Shown: positions 11,804 to 32,000 of the stretch, in pieces
Layout: every line of letters begins with the position of its first letter
How positions within the stretch are numbered: the first letter of the stretch is position 1
NCBI GenBank assembly: GCA_964016885.1
Contig: OZ024742.1
Span: 60,946,001-61,010,000, forward strand
DNA from: Eledone cirrhosa
Taxonomy: Eukaryota
Reading direction: 5' to 3'
DNA length: 64,000 nt
The notes under the pieces: model-generated
The model's database searches: none
The model's input: the letters and a program-made list of their open reading frames with translations, nothing else
Told to the model about the DNA's origin: nothing
Made by a program: the position numbers and the translations under genes

Positions 11804-14539
11804 GGTGTTCCAGAATCCCACATTTTACACAAAAGTTGTTTTTTTTCTCAGCTCCCTATGCCTTTTCTCATGCTATTTTGTATCATATCAAGTTATAATG
11901 TAATTTTGATTATTCCAGACTAATTTAAGCCTTGCCTAATAATTGCAAATTGGCAGAATAATGGCGGAAACCAGTGGGACTAGTTGTAGCTACTCGCTCC
12001 GTTTTGATGATCGAGAAATATGTTACATCCTTTTCACCAAACAAAATACCAACAAAGGGGGGTGTTCTAAGATATTTCTTCTACCTTAAACACGAAAAGC
12101 ATGTGAGCTTCAATGGTGCTATTGCGGATAGGCTTGTGATGGAAGTAGTTAGTCAGTGGGAAAAAGCTGGTGTAGCGACTCAACGAAAAGACAAAGTGAA
12201 ACTGAAAATTATGAACATGTACAGTGAATACAGAAATTTACAAAAAGAAACAAAGGTTCTAAGTCAAACAAAGAAAAGGAAGCACTATTTATTTCTGAAT
12301 TGGATTCATACTGATGCTGAAAAGAACATTTTGAAAGACCGTCTTCGTAATAATGAATAGAAAATGGAAGATACTACATTTCTCGAAGCCCTGCGTTGCC
12401 AGAAAAGGTATCTCTGGGTGCTGAAGACAAGTATTACCATAAAAAGGTATCTTCAAATTTTAAGCGTGATCAGGTGTCTGTGGCTCGTCGAGAGTCAGAG
12501 AACCATAGAAATCGTTTGTCAGGATCCGTAGCAGCACAACTTCCACGTAATGAACTGAGTGATTCAAGTTCAACCAATGATGACATTTTCAAGATGAATA
12601 GGATGCTGAATTTCAGGCCTCAACCCCCCCCCCCCCCCCCCCCCCAGACAACGCAAAGTCAGACAAGAAACGAAAAATCCAGCTGGAACTCCCAAAGAAT
12701 TCTTTTCAAAGTCCAAAAAGTTCTCTAATGGCTGATCCTTTAAAGCTGGCACTGGGCCAGAAACATCATTTATGGTATCGATTATTTCTGAGGGTAGGGC
12801 TGACATAGACGCCACAACTCTTCCCAAGAATAGTAGCAGACGTGCAGCTAAGAAGATCAGAACTGGGGGCTGAACACATAAAGGAACAATTTGCTGTACC
12901 AGACTTTGTTACCTTGCATTGGGATGGCAAAATAATTCCTGGTGACCACGAGAGGCTAGGTGTGCTAGTTGCTGGAACTCCGGACTTCAGAGAAGGTAAA
13001 CACCTCGGTGTTCCCATAATTCCTGATAGCACTGGAACCACCCAAGCCAAAGCACCATTTGATCTTGTTAAATATTGGAATGTTGATGGGTCTGTGTTGG
13101 GCTTGGTCTTCGACACAACTGCTTCGGATGGATGGAAAATGATGCCTGCGTGAAACTAGAAGGGATGCTCAACAAAAAGGTGTTTTATTTTGCTTTTCGG
13201 CACCCTGTCATGGAGCGTATCTTGTGTGCAGTGTGGCAACAATTATTCGGAGCAATGTCCATTCCAGACACCCCAGAGTTCAAGGAGTTAAAACAAGATT
13301 GGGTGTCACGGACAAGACCAACTTTAAAACATTGAACATTGTCGACCGGAGACTCAAGCGTCTGTGTTCTGAGAACATCAAGTTCCTCCAAGATTGTTGA
13401 CATCCGACGATGGGGAAATGAGTTCTCTTCCACGGGACGACTACCGAGAATGTGCCGAGTTCATGTTGATCTTGCTTGGTGTCAACCCTCCTCGTGGAAT
13501 TCATTGGATGATGCCTGGTGCACATCATAACGCTCGGTGGATGTCCAAAATCATCTATAGTGCAAATATGTATGCATTTGGTGAGCAACTCAATTACGAT
13601 CAAGCTAAAATGGAAAAGTTGCGCCGGATCTGTATGTTCAATGCTCTGTTCTACGTGTGATACTGGCTGACTGCAGTCAAGTGTGCTGATGCACCATCCA
13701 ATGACCTTCACTTCTACGTGGAGTTGACACAGTACAGTAAGGTTGACAGAGATCTCTCGCAGGCAGCCACAACTGCTCTGAGCAGGCATCTTTGGTACCT
13801 GACGGAGGAAGCCATTCCGCTAGCATTGTTTTCAAGTCGGGTCCAAGAGTCCGAGAAGAAACAAATAGCCCAACGTCTTGTCAAAACGAAAACGTCTGGG
13901 CCTCTCGACCGTGGTGCTCCAGTATTTCCCGAGTTGAAGTCGTCCACGAAGCTGCCTCATCTAGTTGGGAAGAAATCAAGGCTTCTGTTCGATCTCCTTG
14001 GTCTCGACGATACTTGGCTTGAGCTGTCACCTGCAACTTGGTCATTATAAGCGTCATATCAATATGCTGTTGTTCACAATATCAAGGTAGTCAACGATCT
14101 GGCGGAGAGAGCAGTCAAGTTGATAATTGATTTTGTTGCCATCACCAAGAATGAGGAGGAGAAGCAGTGTGTTATTCAAGTAGTCGAAGCTCATCATCGC
14201 AAGGTCCCGGATTTCAAAAAAGAAACTCTGAAAAAAATATGACTAGAGTTAACTTAACTGAACTTGTTTCTTCCTTGTACGCCTTTATATTCAAATCTGG
14301 TTTCCTATATATAATGGATTAGTAAAATAGACAATTATTGTATGGTCATATTTGGTTTCACATTTTCATGATTTCATGCAACATAATCACACTTTCAACT
14401 ATAATCACCATGATATAGCAAGTCACAAAATAATTTATTTTATACAAAATATGTTTTATTTTACCAATTGGGGCATTTATAATGGGAAAATATACAGGGG
14501 GCGTTAGTATTATGACGTTGCTTTTTATGGCACACTCTA
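11801..14539 (+). mobile_element. hAT-superfamily (hATm-like) DNA transposon, decayed transposase
   Basis: Imperfect TIRs TAGGGTGTTCCAGAA / TAGAGTGTGCCATAA; flanks atatatat/atatacat (possible 8-bp TSD in a TA tract). Transposase fragments TLHWDGK, LVFDTTAS, FAFRH (CxxH-like), PGAHHNARWMSK, RHLWYL, and VVNDLAERAVKL at about 14088-14122. The subgroup call is from memory. Confidence 0.8.
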
Positions 14540-14604
14540 ATATACATATATATGTATGAATGTTTGTGTGTGCATGTATATCTACATATATATGAAAAAA
14601 ATTG

Positions 14605-14749
14605 GGTAATCAGTAAGAGCTGAAGATCCACTAAGGTTAAACAATTGTTCTCGGTATGGTGAACTAACTGTTGTGTTACTACTTCTACCAAACTCGTCCC
14701 ATGGACTGAGTGCTCTACCACTACGGATATTACCTTCCAGTATTCTACT

Positions 14750-14750
<1 letters not shown>
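14605..14750 (+). mobile_element. Short repeat 3' end with decayed hammerhead; related fragment at about 17015-17104
   Basis: gag-CTGAAGA-tccactaaggt-tAAA-caattg-TT-ctc; both loci share ggactgagtgctctac and end in microsatellite. Confidence 0.5.
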
Positions 14751-14827
<77 letters not shown>

Positions 14828-15324
14828 TTCATACACACACACACACAAATATGTATATGTATATGTATATATATATATATACTGTATACATATATACACA
14901 CACACATAATGTTGTTTTCGTTTGTTTATTTGATTGCCCGTGCTGCGTAAGCAGGATTAAACGTTCCTCGTCTGTTGTATGTATTCGACTGCGATATTGT
15001 ACTATGTTAAATACAATACGGCTGATTATTACTAATTCAATTTATTTAATAGATTACTCATTCAATAAATTGAATAGTGTAAAACACATCCCTGTCTTAA
15101 TGTTCATTCATACATACATATATCAATACAATGGAGTACTGCATAATTTATTGAACGCTGACACATTCCATAAATAATTTCTCAATGACTCTAAACTCTA
15201 TGTATTACTTGTTCTCTAGACTTGAGGAAATAATTCTTTTTTTAGAGATATATTAAAAAAAAAAAATGATAATGCTACAAATGACAAAGTTGTGTTCATT
15301 TATTCGAGAAATGACAAGTAGTTA

Positions 15325-15870
15325 CCTTGTCCAAGTTACTGGTACTTTATTTTATCAACCTGTAAGCATGAAAGGTAAAGCTAGCTTCATTGAGATTAGC
15401 TTTGCCTTCCACCTCTGACACAAGCCTAGTAATTTTGAGGAAGGGGAGAGAAAATTAAACAGGTAGGATGAAGGGCAAAGTTGATTTCGATGAAATTTGA
15501 ACATAGAACGTCACGAAATACAACAAAGCATTTTGTTCGACACTCTGCCATGTTTATAATTTCTGCCATGTTTATAATTTCGACTCAAGCCCAATATTTT
15601 GTGGAGATGAAAATCTAGATTAAATAAACACCAGTATTTTATCGATACTCGGCACGATTTGGACTCAAAAGTTGAATGACTAAATATATTTTGATCGAAT
15701 TTCTACAGATATTTCAAAACAATAAATGTTGGTCATTTAGACTCAAGGGTTGTAATTTGGAAGTTGTTGTTAGCCGATCCAATACTTGACAATCATTCTG
15801 GAAGGGTGAAAAGCAGGTTTATCTGGGCCGGATTTGATGTTCTTTAATAATTCTGCTAATCCATCACCCT
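15325..15870 (-). mobile_element. Cluster of decayed tRNA-derived SINE fragments
   Basis: Repeated motif ctggtact-ttattttatc...gatgaaaggcaaagttga...atttgaac (reverse B-box GTTCAAAT); homologous to 46370-46510 and 51280-51410. Confidence 0.65.
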
Positions 15871-15914
15871 TAGCAATCTAGGACAGTGACGACAAAGTCT
15901 ACAGCGACGACAAC

Positions 15915-16053
15915 GAAGAAGAAGAAGAAGAAGAAGAAGAAGAAGAAGAAGAAGAAGAAGAAGAAGAAGAAGAAGAAGAAGAAGAAGAAGAAGAAAAAGA
16001 AGAAGAAGAAGAAGAAGAAGAAGAAGAAGAAGAAGAAGAAGAAGAAGAAGAAG
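15915..16053. repeat. (GAA)n triplet repeat, ~46 units
   Basis: Directly visible. Confidence 0.99.
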
Positions 16054-16433
16054 GTCTTGTTTTCAGATGTACACACCTACTTCAGAAATACTCCATGTGT
16101 TCCAGAATGAAACGTTTCGGATATCATCTAAATGCCATTACACTGCAACGATTTCGCCTAAAAGTTGAGTGCTATTGAATATATAGGTAAGGAATCATTT
16201 ACTGTACGCAGAAACGAAAAATTACACACACACACCCAAACTCTCACCAACACAGAGGTACGCATGCACATACGGTTTTCTATCATTTAAATGTTTTCTT
16301 TCAGATGTGTTTCACTATCAGATCCTAAATATAAATACATGTTTATATGAATAGAACTCAACACGTGTATATACACAATTAGCCACACACACATATATTA
16401 TACATACAGACAAACACACAGACAAACACACAG

Positions 16434-16495
<62 letters not shown>

Positions 16496-16877
16496 ACACA
16501 CACACACACACACACACATAACACACACATACACACGCTCACACACTCACATACACATACACAAACACACATACATATATATATATATATATATCACATT
16601 CCTTCTTAGCTTCGTACGGACGTATAATAACTCAAACACACACACACACGTTTACGCACCTGCCCAAGTATACCTCTTTTTACAAAACGTTTTTTTTTTC
16701 CATCTCAGGTAGACGCGCTCCATCATCCACTTTCCTAAAACATAAATCATACACAAAACGTCAGCACCAACAGTTTTGCAAGAGATGTCAACATGAATGG
16801 ACCTGTTATTTTTATCTAAAGACATTTTTTCCAATTAAAACCCGCCCGTCCCCTCAATCTATTTTATTTCTCATTCT

Positions 16878-16914
16878 TTCTTCTGATGAAGGACTAGCGT
16901 CCGAATCGTTAAGA
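16878..16914 (+). ncRNA. Decayed minimal hammerhead in a PLE-type 3' UTR remnant
   Basis: tctt-CTGATGA-aggac-tagc-gtcc-GAAt-cg-TT-aaga; same layout and similar downstream sequence as the 43371-43402 hammerhead. Confidence 0.55.
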
Positions 16915-17128
16915 CCCACTTCCTGCTATTTCAAGCATTAACCTAATATATCCCTTCCATATATTGTACCGATTGTGTTGTTATTACTGTTTACCTTTTA
17001 TATATATATATATTTGATGTGGAACTAAGTCTATACCGAAGTCATCCTCTGGACTGAGTGCTCTACTTAGTACGAGTATAACCCACTCCCCAATATTTTT
17101 CCACTATATATATATATATATATAAGTG

Positions 17129-17204
<76 letters not shown>

Positions 17205-17219
17205 AATGTATATGTATAA

Positions 17220-17289
<70 letters not shown>

Positions 17290-17418
17290 CAGAAGGGATA
17301 TTCAATTTGTTGGTGATTCAACAATAATTTATTAACCTGCCATTGAACCACACTGGCATTTGGTTGGACAATACATGCGTACCTTAGCGCCTTGTGCGTG
17401 AAGGAACACATATCTTAT

Positions 17419-17526
<108 letters not shown>

Positions 17527-17542
17527 ATATATATATATATAT

Positions 17543-17706
17543 AGGAAAATGTTCAAGAAGACCCCGACGGCAGAGCTCAACCCGTTTCGACAGCTATTTT
17601 GGGAAACAGCTTGAGTTCTACCGTCGGGGTCTTGAATATTTTCCTATTTCCCACTCTATTACTCTAAGTATTGAGTACTCTGGTGCAGTTATGGTCCTTA
17701 CCACAC
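17543..17706. mobile_element. Small palindromic element of the GAAACGGCTTGAGCTCTGCCGTCGGGG family
   Basis: Short inverted left arm and long right arm with GAGTACTCTGGTGC tail; homologous to 25190-25275, 32420-32477, 34198-34392 and 44990-45897. Confidence 0.75.
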
Positions 17707-17749
17707 TTCCTTCGTTTTATATCTACCACACATGTCACACAGGGCCTCA

Positions 17750-21277
<3,528 letters not shown>

Positions 21278-21300
21278 GATATATATAGATATATATATAA

Positions 21301-23402
<2,102 letters not shown>

Positions 23403-23772
23403 AAGCTGGAAGCCACTTAACAAAAGAAGAGATGGGAACCGTCTAGATAGATGTGCATATGTACATATCTCCAAACACTACCAACGGTACTGGTGGACAT
23501 TTTGTGTCACAAGGCAGCCAAACACTAGCTGGGAGTATTTTACAAATGATAACTTAAACATACTTTACACGAAATAACATTTTAAATGTACGATATTTCA
23601 GTATGTTCTTAAACCCACAGCGAACTCGCTTCGGCATACAAACATCCATTGAAATAAACAATAAGCTATCTAACCAGAACCTACACCGGCAAACTTAAAC
23701 ACCTGAATCACGGATTTACCAAAGCTAAAAGATAAACTATCCCGCTTACATGTATATATATATTAATATGTA

Positions 23773-23834
<62 letters not shown>

Positions 23835-24237
23835 TATGTGTGGCGGGGGGGCTGTGTTTATGTGTGTGTTGTAACAACTCAGCACATCGGGATTCTTTGT
23901 GCATGTAAATATTTGCCATCTATATATGGTTGATAACATGGTACAGGCATATTTTGTATCTATATATCTTTCCCAGTAGTTTGCAGCGTATTGAATCAAT
24001 GTGTGCACATCAAGTTATCTTTATGAAAGACGAGGCTTTACAGTGATTTGCCGGTTTTCTTTTTTGCCATTATGAATCGGAACTAATCCGATATTGAATT
24101 GTATGTACTGTTCTATTTCAATCGTATATTATGTTGTATTACGTTGTATTCAATATATTGTAAGAAGAAAAGATGGATTTCCATGCTTACATGAACAAAC
24201 AGATACACCACCACCATACACACGCACACACACACAC

Positions 24238-24305
<68 letters not shown>

Positions 24306-24802
24306 ATATATGCATATACATACACACATATATATCTATATATATGTATATATATATATATACATACACATATGTATATATATATATATGTGTGTGTGAG
24401 TGTGTGTGTGTGTCTGTGTGTATGTATATATGTACGTATGTATATATATACATATGTATACATATATATATACACATATGTAGAAGTGTCTGTGTATGTG
24501 TATAAATCGGAAACAAACTATCGGAGCGTTCAGGAGATTGAAAATCTTAGAAACTGTAGAAATCTCTAATGCAGAAAACAACTGTAAAGACAGTTCATTG
24601 CTATAAATGTTAGATTTAAAAATCATTTGTCGTACACCTACAGGCCAAAAAAGTGTTTTGTAACCGCTAAGAGGAATCGAAAACCGTACCCAATTTTTAA
24701 GGTATATAAATACGTAAATATACGTACATGCACACACACACACACACACGCACTCACACATATATATATATATTTATATATATATAAATATGCACTAACT
24801 TT

Positions 24803-24940
24803 ATCACAAGTGTTTTTTTAAGCTTCATATCATGTCTCCCTATTTTATCTGATGAGAACGCAAATATCGTCCCAGGATGATATTTGTTTTTGAAATGCGC
24901 ATACATGGAACTTTTTAAACCATCTTTTACTTTCTTCTTA
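24803..24940 (+). mobile_element. Solo 3' end of the 1688-4240 PLE family with hammerhead
   Basis: Closely similar to 4100-4235. Confidence 0.8.
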
Positions 24941-25063
24941 TAAATATATATATATACATATTTATATTTTAATATATGCCAATATACATATGTGTGTGTA
25001 AAATGTAAACAGAAATAACACCAGTGGTACAGTATATTGAAGGAATATATATTTGTATATATA

Positions 25064-25185
25064 CAGTGTGGCCCAAAAGTCGCGATACATGAAAAAAATA
25101 ATTATCTTTTATAAGAAACAATTTATTCAAAATAAATATGGAAACTTAAATATTTCCTATGTATTGTGACTTTTTAGCCACCCTG
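25064..25185. mobile_element. MITE, probably Tc1/mariner-derived
   Basis: ~27-bp imperfect TIRs cagtgtggcccaaaagtcgcgatacat / cagggtggctaaaaagtcacaatacat; TA on the left side. Confidence 0.7.
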
Positions 25186-25294
25186 AACCTTTTCCTATTA
25201 CCTACCCTATTACCCAAAGTATCGAGTACTCTGGTGCGTTATGGTCCACCTGGTCCACCTGGTTCGTACCACACATATATATATATATATTATA

Positions 25295-27974
25295 GCCTGC
25301 GTGAACACACAATACCCCACAGACCTTAAATTAAGACCAATTGTAACGGGCCCACAATGTGAAACACACAGATTGAGCAACTTTATAGATATACTACTGA
25401 AACCAATACTGAAACACATACCAAGCCTTGTAAGAGACGATCTGGACCTCCCCAAACATGTCAACAACGACACTATTATTGTGTCTTTCGATGTAGTGAA
25501 TCTCTACACAACGATCCCACACCAATACGGACTAGAAGCAATAGGATTATGGCTAGAGAAATATCCCAATGAGATACCTGACAGAATAGAAAAAAGCTTC
25601 ATCACCGAGGGATTAAAATTCATCCTACAGAACAACTTTTTTGATTTCGATGGCAATACTTACAAGCAAATATCGGGGACTGCGATGGGTACAAAAGCCG
25701 CTCCAACATATGCCAACTTAGTCATGGCATACTTAGAAGTCCAGATATATGAACAGTCCAAATCAAAATTCGGATTGAACTTCCACAAATATTTATCGGA
25801 GAATTGGAAACGCTAATTGGATGATTGCCTCATTCTTTGGTCCCACACACTCGACCAACTGAAGGATTTCAAAAACTTAATAAACGGCATCAATAACCAC
25901 ATCCAATTTACAATGGAATACAGCCAAGATCAACTCCCATTTCTGGACATCTTAATCACAAAAAAAGACACAAATATCGAAACTGACATACACTACAAAC
26001 CAACAGATTACAAACAATATCTGCTATTCACCTCCAACCATCCAAAGCACACGAAGACGAACATTACTTTTAACCTAGCAAGAAGAATTTGCACAATTGT
26101 CTCCAATTATGAAACGCGAAATAAAAGACTTCAAGAATTAAAGGAAATTCTACTCTAAATAATGGAATAGAAAAGGCTAAAGCAATAGGCATTGATGAAT
26201 TACGGAAACAGAAACAAATTCAAGGTACGTCCAATATTCTATCATATATCTCAACACACAACCCACTACTAAAACAAAACCCAAGAATGAAAAAAGCCCT
26301 TGAAACACACAAAATAATCAAAAGCAAAAGACAACCAAAATCACTGAAAACATTACTCACCAATGCCAAATAACCTACCACAAACCCACAACCAAGTATC
26401 AAAAAATGTGGTCGCTCTAATTGTGGAACCTGCACTCACCTCATTGAAGGCAACACGTATACATTTAAATCAGTACAAAATTTTACTGTAAAAAATCACT
26501 TCACTTGCTCATCAAAAAATCTACTTTATGCCATTAAATGTAAAGGATGCAATGAAGATTATATAGGACAAACTAAACTCACACTCAGAAACAGAATGAC
26601 AGTTCATCGCCAACAATTACGAGATCCAACCACGAGACAGATACCACTAAGTGCACATCTAGACATTTGCGCAAGTAATAAGACACCCAAATTCCAAGTC
26701 TTCCCATTTTACCTTTGCGCTAACAATACAACAGAACAAATGCGAATAAATAAGGAAAATATGTTTATTCAAAAATATAGACCAACATTAAATAAGGTTT
26801 AATATACGTTATGTCAACACCACAATATGACATACACACACACACATAACACCTTCTACTTTAGAAAATAAAAACCAGAACTAAATAAACCTTAACATAG
26901 GTTTGCACTGGCAATACAACAGCAAACACGAAAAAGTAAGGAAAATATATTCATTCAAAAATATTCCTACTAAAGGAATCACTTTCCTACACACTTACAT
27001 ACACACACACACAATATATATATATATATATATTCTCTTCATCTTAACATGCTAACCATACTCCCACACATAACACCCATACACACACATAAAAACCCCC
27101 ACACCTACAACTCCCTCCCCATTTCTACTAATAGAACCACTTTCCTACACACATATATATATAGACACACTCAAAATATATATTCTCTCCATCTTAACAT
27201 ACTCGCACACACACACAACTCCCTCCCCCATCTCTACTAATAGAATCATCTTCCAATACACACATACACACACACATACACATACACACACACAAGCACA
27301 CAAATAAACATACATATCTTCACTTCAATAGAAAATCTGAACTCTGACACCCCGGCGAGCTGGCCATATTCACTGAACCAGAACATTTCTCCCAATCCCT
27401 TTTCTCTTGACTACTATCTCTCCATTGTCATAACATTCACTATAAAGACTACAGAATAGTTTTCCAAATAAGGGCGCAAAAATGTAATGAAAACTTGTTC
27501 ACGTGACAGCCAAATTTCATTTATAACCAACCAAAAAAAAAGCCTTCGTGAGCCTCCTTTTTTCAAGTAAAAAGAAATTCAAACACTCATATATGAAAAA
27601 ACAACCTGTGACAACCCCCCCCCCTCTCTTATTTGAAGAACTATTGTAACGCGAACTGGCGCGAAATTTATTATAATTATTGACAAACCAATCAAATTAC
27701 TTCTCGAAAAACCTGGCATTTCGAGCCACTTTTTCCATATAAAACAAGTAACATTCAGAGACCAACCAGATGTGAGAAAAACCACAGACCCTCCATCTCA
27801 ACTCACCTTTTGAAAAGCAGAAGAACTGCGAAACCGGTAAAGGAACCAAATAAATATATATATTTAAAAAAAAAATAAGACTCCAGTTGCATTTTCGATT
27901 TCATCTCTTTTTCTTTATACTTTCACTCGTGTAGGACACCTCGGTTATTTTTCATATTGTAAAAAAAACTTCAC

Positions 27975-27985
<11 letters not shown>
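25295..27985 (+). mobile_element. Second Neptune-type Penelope-like element, 5' truncated
   Basis: LRPIVTG, SFDVVNLYTTIP, AMGTKAAPTYANL, WKR*LDDC, YKPTD, NLARRI, CGRSNCGTC, YIGQT, TVHRQQ, ENMFIQKYRPTLN; related to the 17750-21160 element. Confidence 0.93.
27806..27843 (+). ncRNA. Minimal type I hammerhead with U3-A8 variant core
   Basis: Stem I cctt/aagg; TTGAAAA 27810-27816; stem II gcag/ctgc; GAAA; palindromic ACCGGT; GUA. Confidence 0.85.
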
Positions 27986-28011
<26 letters not shown>

Positions 28012-28014
<3 letters not shown>

Positions 28015-28742
28015 CGTTTCTGAATTTATTTAGCAAGATTCTCTATCTGAAATCGTGTGTTGAAACCGATATTGTTATACTTTGGGAGGGTCATGTTTCC
28101 AATAAGAAACACACGCACCTATGCTTCACTTCAATTTATTATAATAAATTTATAAATTTAGGAATTTATAAATTTCTGGTTGGTTGGATGGTTCCACAAC
28201 CAGATAGTTGTTTATACATTGTCAAAGTTCTTTCGTCACACATTCTGTGACCTCTTCAGTGGCTGGGGATTCTTTTCTTTGTTTTTGTGTCTCTCCTTTG
28301 TTCTGTCCTACGCCATTTTGTTTCTGTGTGTGTGTTGTGTGCTCAGTCTGCGCATGCGCCACATCCGGTTGTCTGTGTGTGTTTATATTTGTTTATTTAT
28401 TTGTTTATTTACATGTTACCGGTTGGTTGTTTGTTCTATGTACGTGTGTGTTTTCATTTTGTCCTTAATTGTAAGTTGTGATGTTGCTGTTCCACTCATA
28501 TTTTCACAGAAACAAAATGGCGTAGGACAGAACAAAGGAGAGACACAAAAACAAAGAAAAGAATCCCCAGTCACTGAAGAGGTCACAGAATGTGTGATGA
28601 AAGAATTTTGACAATATATAAACAACTATCTGGTTGTGGAACCAACCAACCAACCAGAAATTTATAAATTTATCATAATAAATTGAAGTGAAAGCAACTG
28701 GTGCGTGTGTTTCTTATTGGCAACATGACCCTCCCAAAGTAT

Positions 28743-28797
<55 letters not shown>

Positions 28798-28831
28798 TAT
28801 ATATATATTTATATATATATATACACACACG

Positions 28832-28862
<31 letters not shown>

Positions 28863-29062
28863 TGTTATACTTTGGGAGGGTCATGTTGCCAATAAGAAAC
28901 ACACGCACCAGTTGCTTTCACTTCAATTTATTATATATTTATAAATTTATAAATTTACAAATCTACAAACTTATAAATTTCTGGTTGGTTGGTTGGTTCC
29001 ACAACCAGATAGTTATTTATATATAGTCATAGTCCTTTCGTCACACACTCTGTGACCTCTTC
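28012..29062. mobile_element. Three alternating-orientation copies of a hammerhead-bearing 3' end (-, +, -)
   Basis: About 28012-28330 (-), 28505-28750 (+), 28861-29062 (-). HHR gtca-CTGAAGA-ggtcac...gtga(c/t)-GAAA...tgac at 28570-28612 and in mirror copies. The tail is also found at about 33715-33790. Confidence 0.8.
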
Positions 29063-32000
29063 GAGAATCTAATTGTAATACGTGACGTATTCTATTCTAT
29101 AGCGATTAGGTCTTCAAAATGTTTATTATAAACATACAGAATATTTTCGAATATTCTATGTCTATCTTCACATATATATCGCTATTTCAGAGCATTTAAT
29201 CCAATTTCTAATTTCTGCCGGACCGGCAACCGCTCTTTCAAACCAGTTCCTGTACACAGCTAAGTATTCTATAAGTCTCTAGCTGTGTCATTCTCGATAA
29301 AAGCACTGGATATGTAATCCTGAAGATTTCTAATAAGAGTGAAACGCGTAGGTTACTTCCCTTGCTTTTATCGAGAATCTAATTGTAATACGTGACGTAT
29401 TCTATTCTATAGCGATTAGGTCTTCAAAATGTTTATTATAAACATACAGAATATTTTCGAATATTCTATGTCTATCTTCACATATATATCGCTATTTCAG
29501 AGCATTTAATCCAATTTCTAATTTCTGCCGGACCGGCAACCGCTCTTTCAAACCAGTTCCTGTACACAGCTAAGTATTCTATAAGTCTCTAGCTGTGTCA
29601 TTCTCGATAAAAGCACTGGATATGTAATCCTGAAGATTTGTAATAATAATGAAACGCGTAGGTTACTTCCCTTGCTTTTATCGAGAATCTAATTGTAATA
29701 CGTGACGTATTCTATTCTATAGCGATTAGGTCTTCAAAATGTTTATTATAAACATACAGAATATTTTCGAATATTCTATGTCTATCTTCACATATATATC
29801 GCTATTTCAGAGCATTTAATCCAATTTCTAATTTCTGCCGGACCGGCAACCGCTCTTTCAAACCAGTTCCTGTACACAGCTAAGTATTCTATAAGTCTCT
29901 AGCTGTGTCATTCTCGATAAAAGCACTGGATATGTAATCCTGAAGATTTCTAATAAGAATGAAACGCGTAGGTTACTTCCCTTGCTTTTATCGAGAATCT
30001 AATTGTAATACGTGACGTATTCTATTCTATAGCGATTAGGTCTTCAAAATGTTTATTATAAACATACAGAATATTTTCGAATATTCTATGTCTATCTTCA
30101 CATATATATCGCTATTTCAGAGCATTTAATCCAATTTCTAATTTCTGCCGGACCGGCAACCGCTCTTTCAAACCAGTTCCTGTACACAGCTAAGTATTCT
30201 ATAAGTCTCTAGCTGTGTCATTCTCGATAAAAGCACTGGATATGTAATCCTGAAGATTTCTAATAAGAGTGAAACGCGTAGGTTACTTCCCTTGCTTTTA
30301 TCGAGAATCTAATTGTAATACGTGACGTATTCTATTCTATAGCGATTAGGTCTTCAAAATGTTTATTATAAACATACAGAATATTTTCGAATATTCTATG
30401 TCTATCTTCACATATATATCGCTATTTCAGAGCATTTAATCCAATTTCTAATTTCTGCCGGACCGGCAACCGCTCTTTCAAACCAGTTCCTGTACACAGC
30501 TAAGTATTCTATAAGTCTCTAGCTGTGTCATTCTCGATAAAAGCACTGGATATGTAATCCTGAAGATTTCTAATAAGAATGAAACGCGTAGGTTACTTCC
30601 CTTGCTTTTATCGAGAATCTAATTGTAATACGTGACGTATTCTATTCTATAGCGATTAGGTCTTCAAAATGTTTATTATAAACATACAGAATATTTTCGA
30701 ATATTCTATGTCTATATTCACATATATATCGCTATTTCAGAGCATTTAATCCAATTTCTAATTTCTGCCGGACCGGCAACCGCTCTTTCAAACCAGTTCC
30801 TGTACACAGCTAAGTATTCTATAAGTCTCTAGCTGTGTCATTCTCGATAAAAGCACTGGATATGTAATCCTGAAGATTTCTAATAAGAATGAAACGCGTA
30901 GGTTACTTCCCTTGCTTTTATCGAGAATCTAATTGTAATACGTGACGTATTCTATTCTATAGCAATTAGGTCTTCAAAATGTTTATTATAAACATACAGA
31001 ATATTTTCGAATATTCTATGTCTATCTTCACATATATATCGCTATTTCAGAGCATTTCATCCAATTTCTAATTTCTGCCGGACCGGCAACCGCTCTTTCA
31101 AACCAGTTCCTGTACACAGCTAAGTATTCTATAAGTCTCTAGCTGTGTCATTCTCGATAAAAGCACTGGATATGTAATCCTGAAGATTTCTAATAATAAT
31201 GAAACGCGTAGGTTACTTCCCTTGCTTTTATCGAGAATCTAATTGTAATACGTGACGTATTCTATTCTATAGCGATTAGGTCTTCAAAATGTTTATTATA
31301 AACATACAGAATATTTTCGAATATTCTATGTCTATCTTCACATATATATCGCTATTTCAGAGCATTTAATCCAATTTCTAATTTCTGCCGGACCGGCAAC
31401 CGCTCTTTCAAACCAGTTCCTGTACACAGCTAAGTATTCTATAAGTCTCTAGCTGTGTCATTCTCGATAAAAGCACTGGATATGTAATCCTGAAGATTTC
31501 TAATAAGAATGAAACGCGTAGGTTACTTCCCTTGCTTTTATCGAGAATCTAATTGTAATACGTGACGTATTCTATTCTATAGCGATTAGGTCTTCAAAAT
31601 GTTTATTATAAACATACAGAATATTTTCGAATATTCTATGTCTATCTTCACATATATATCGCTATTTCAGAGCATTTAATCCAATTTCTAATTTCTGCCG
31701 GACCGGCAACCGCTCTTTCAAACCAGTTCCTGTACACAGCTAAGTATTCTATAAGTCTCTAGCTGTGTCATTCTCGATAAAAGCACTGGATATGTAATCC
31801 TGAAGATTTCTAATAAGAATGAAATGCGTAGGTTACTTCCCTTGCTTTTATCGAGAATCTAATTGTAATACGTGACGTATTCTATTCTATAGCAATTAGG
31901 TCTTCAAAATGTTTATTATAAACATACAGAATATTTTCGAATATTCTATGTCTATCTTCACATATATATCGCTATTTCAGAGCATTTAATCCAATTTCTA

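Noticed and set aside
15870-16110. polyK / polyF ORFs
   Set aside because: (GAA)n microsatellite.
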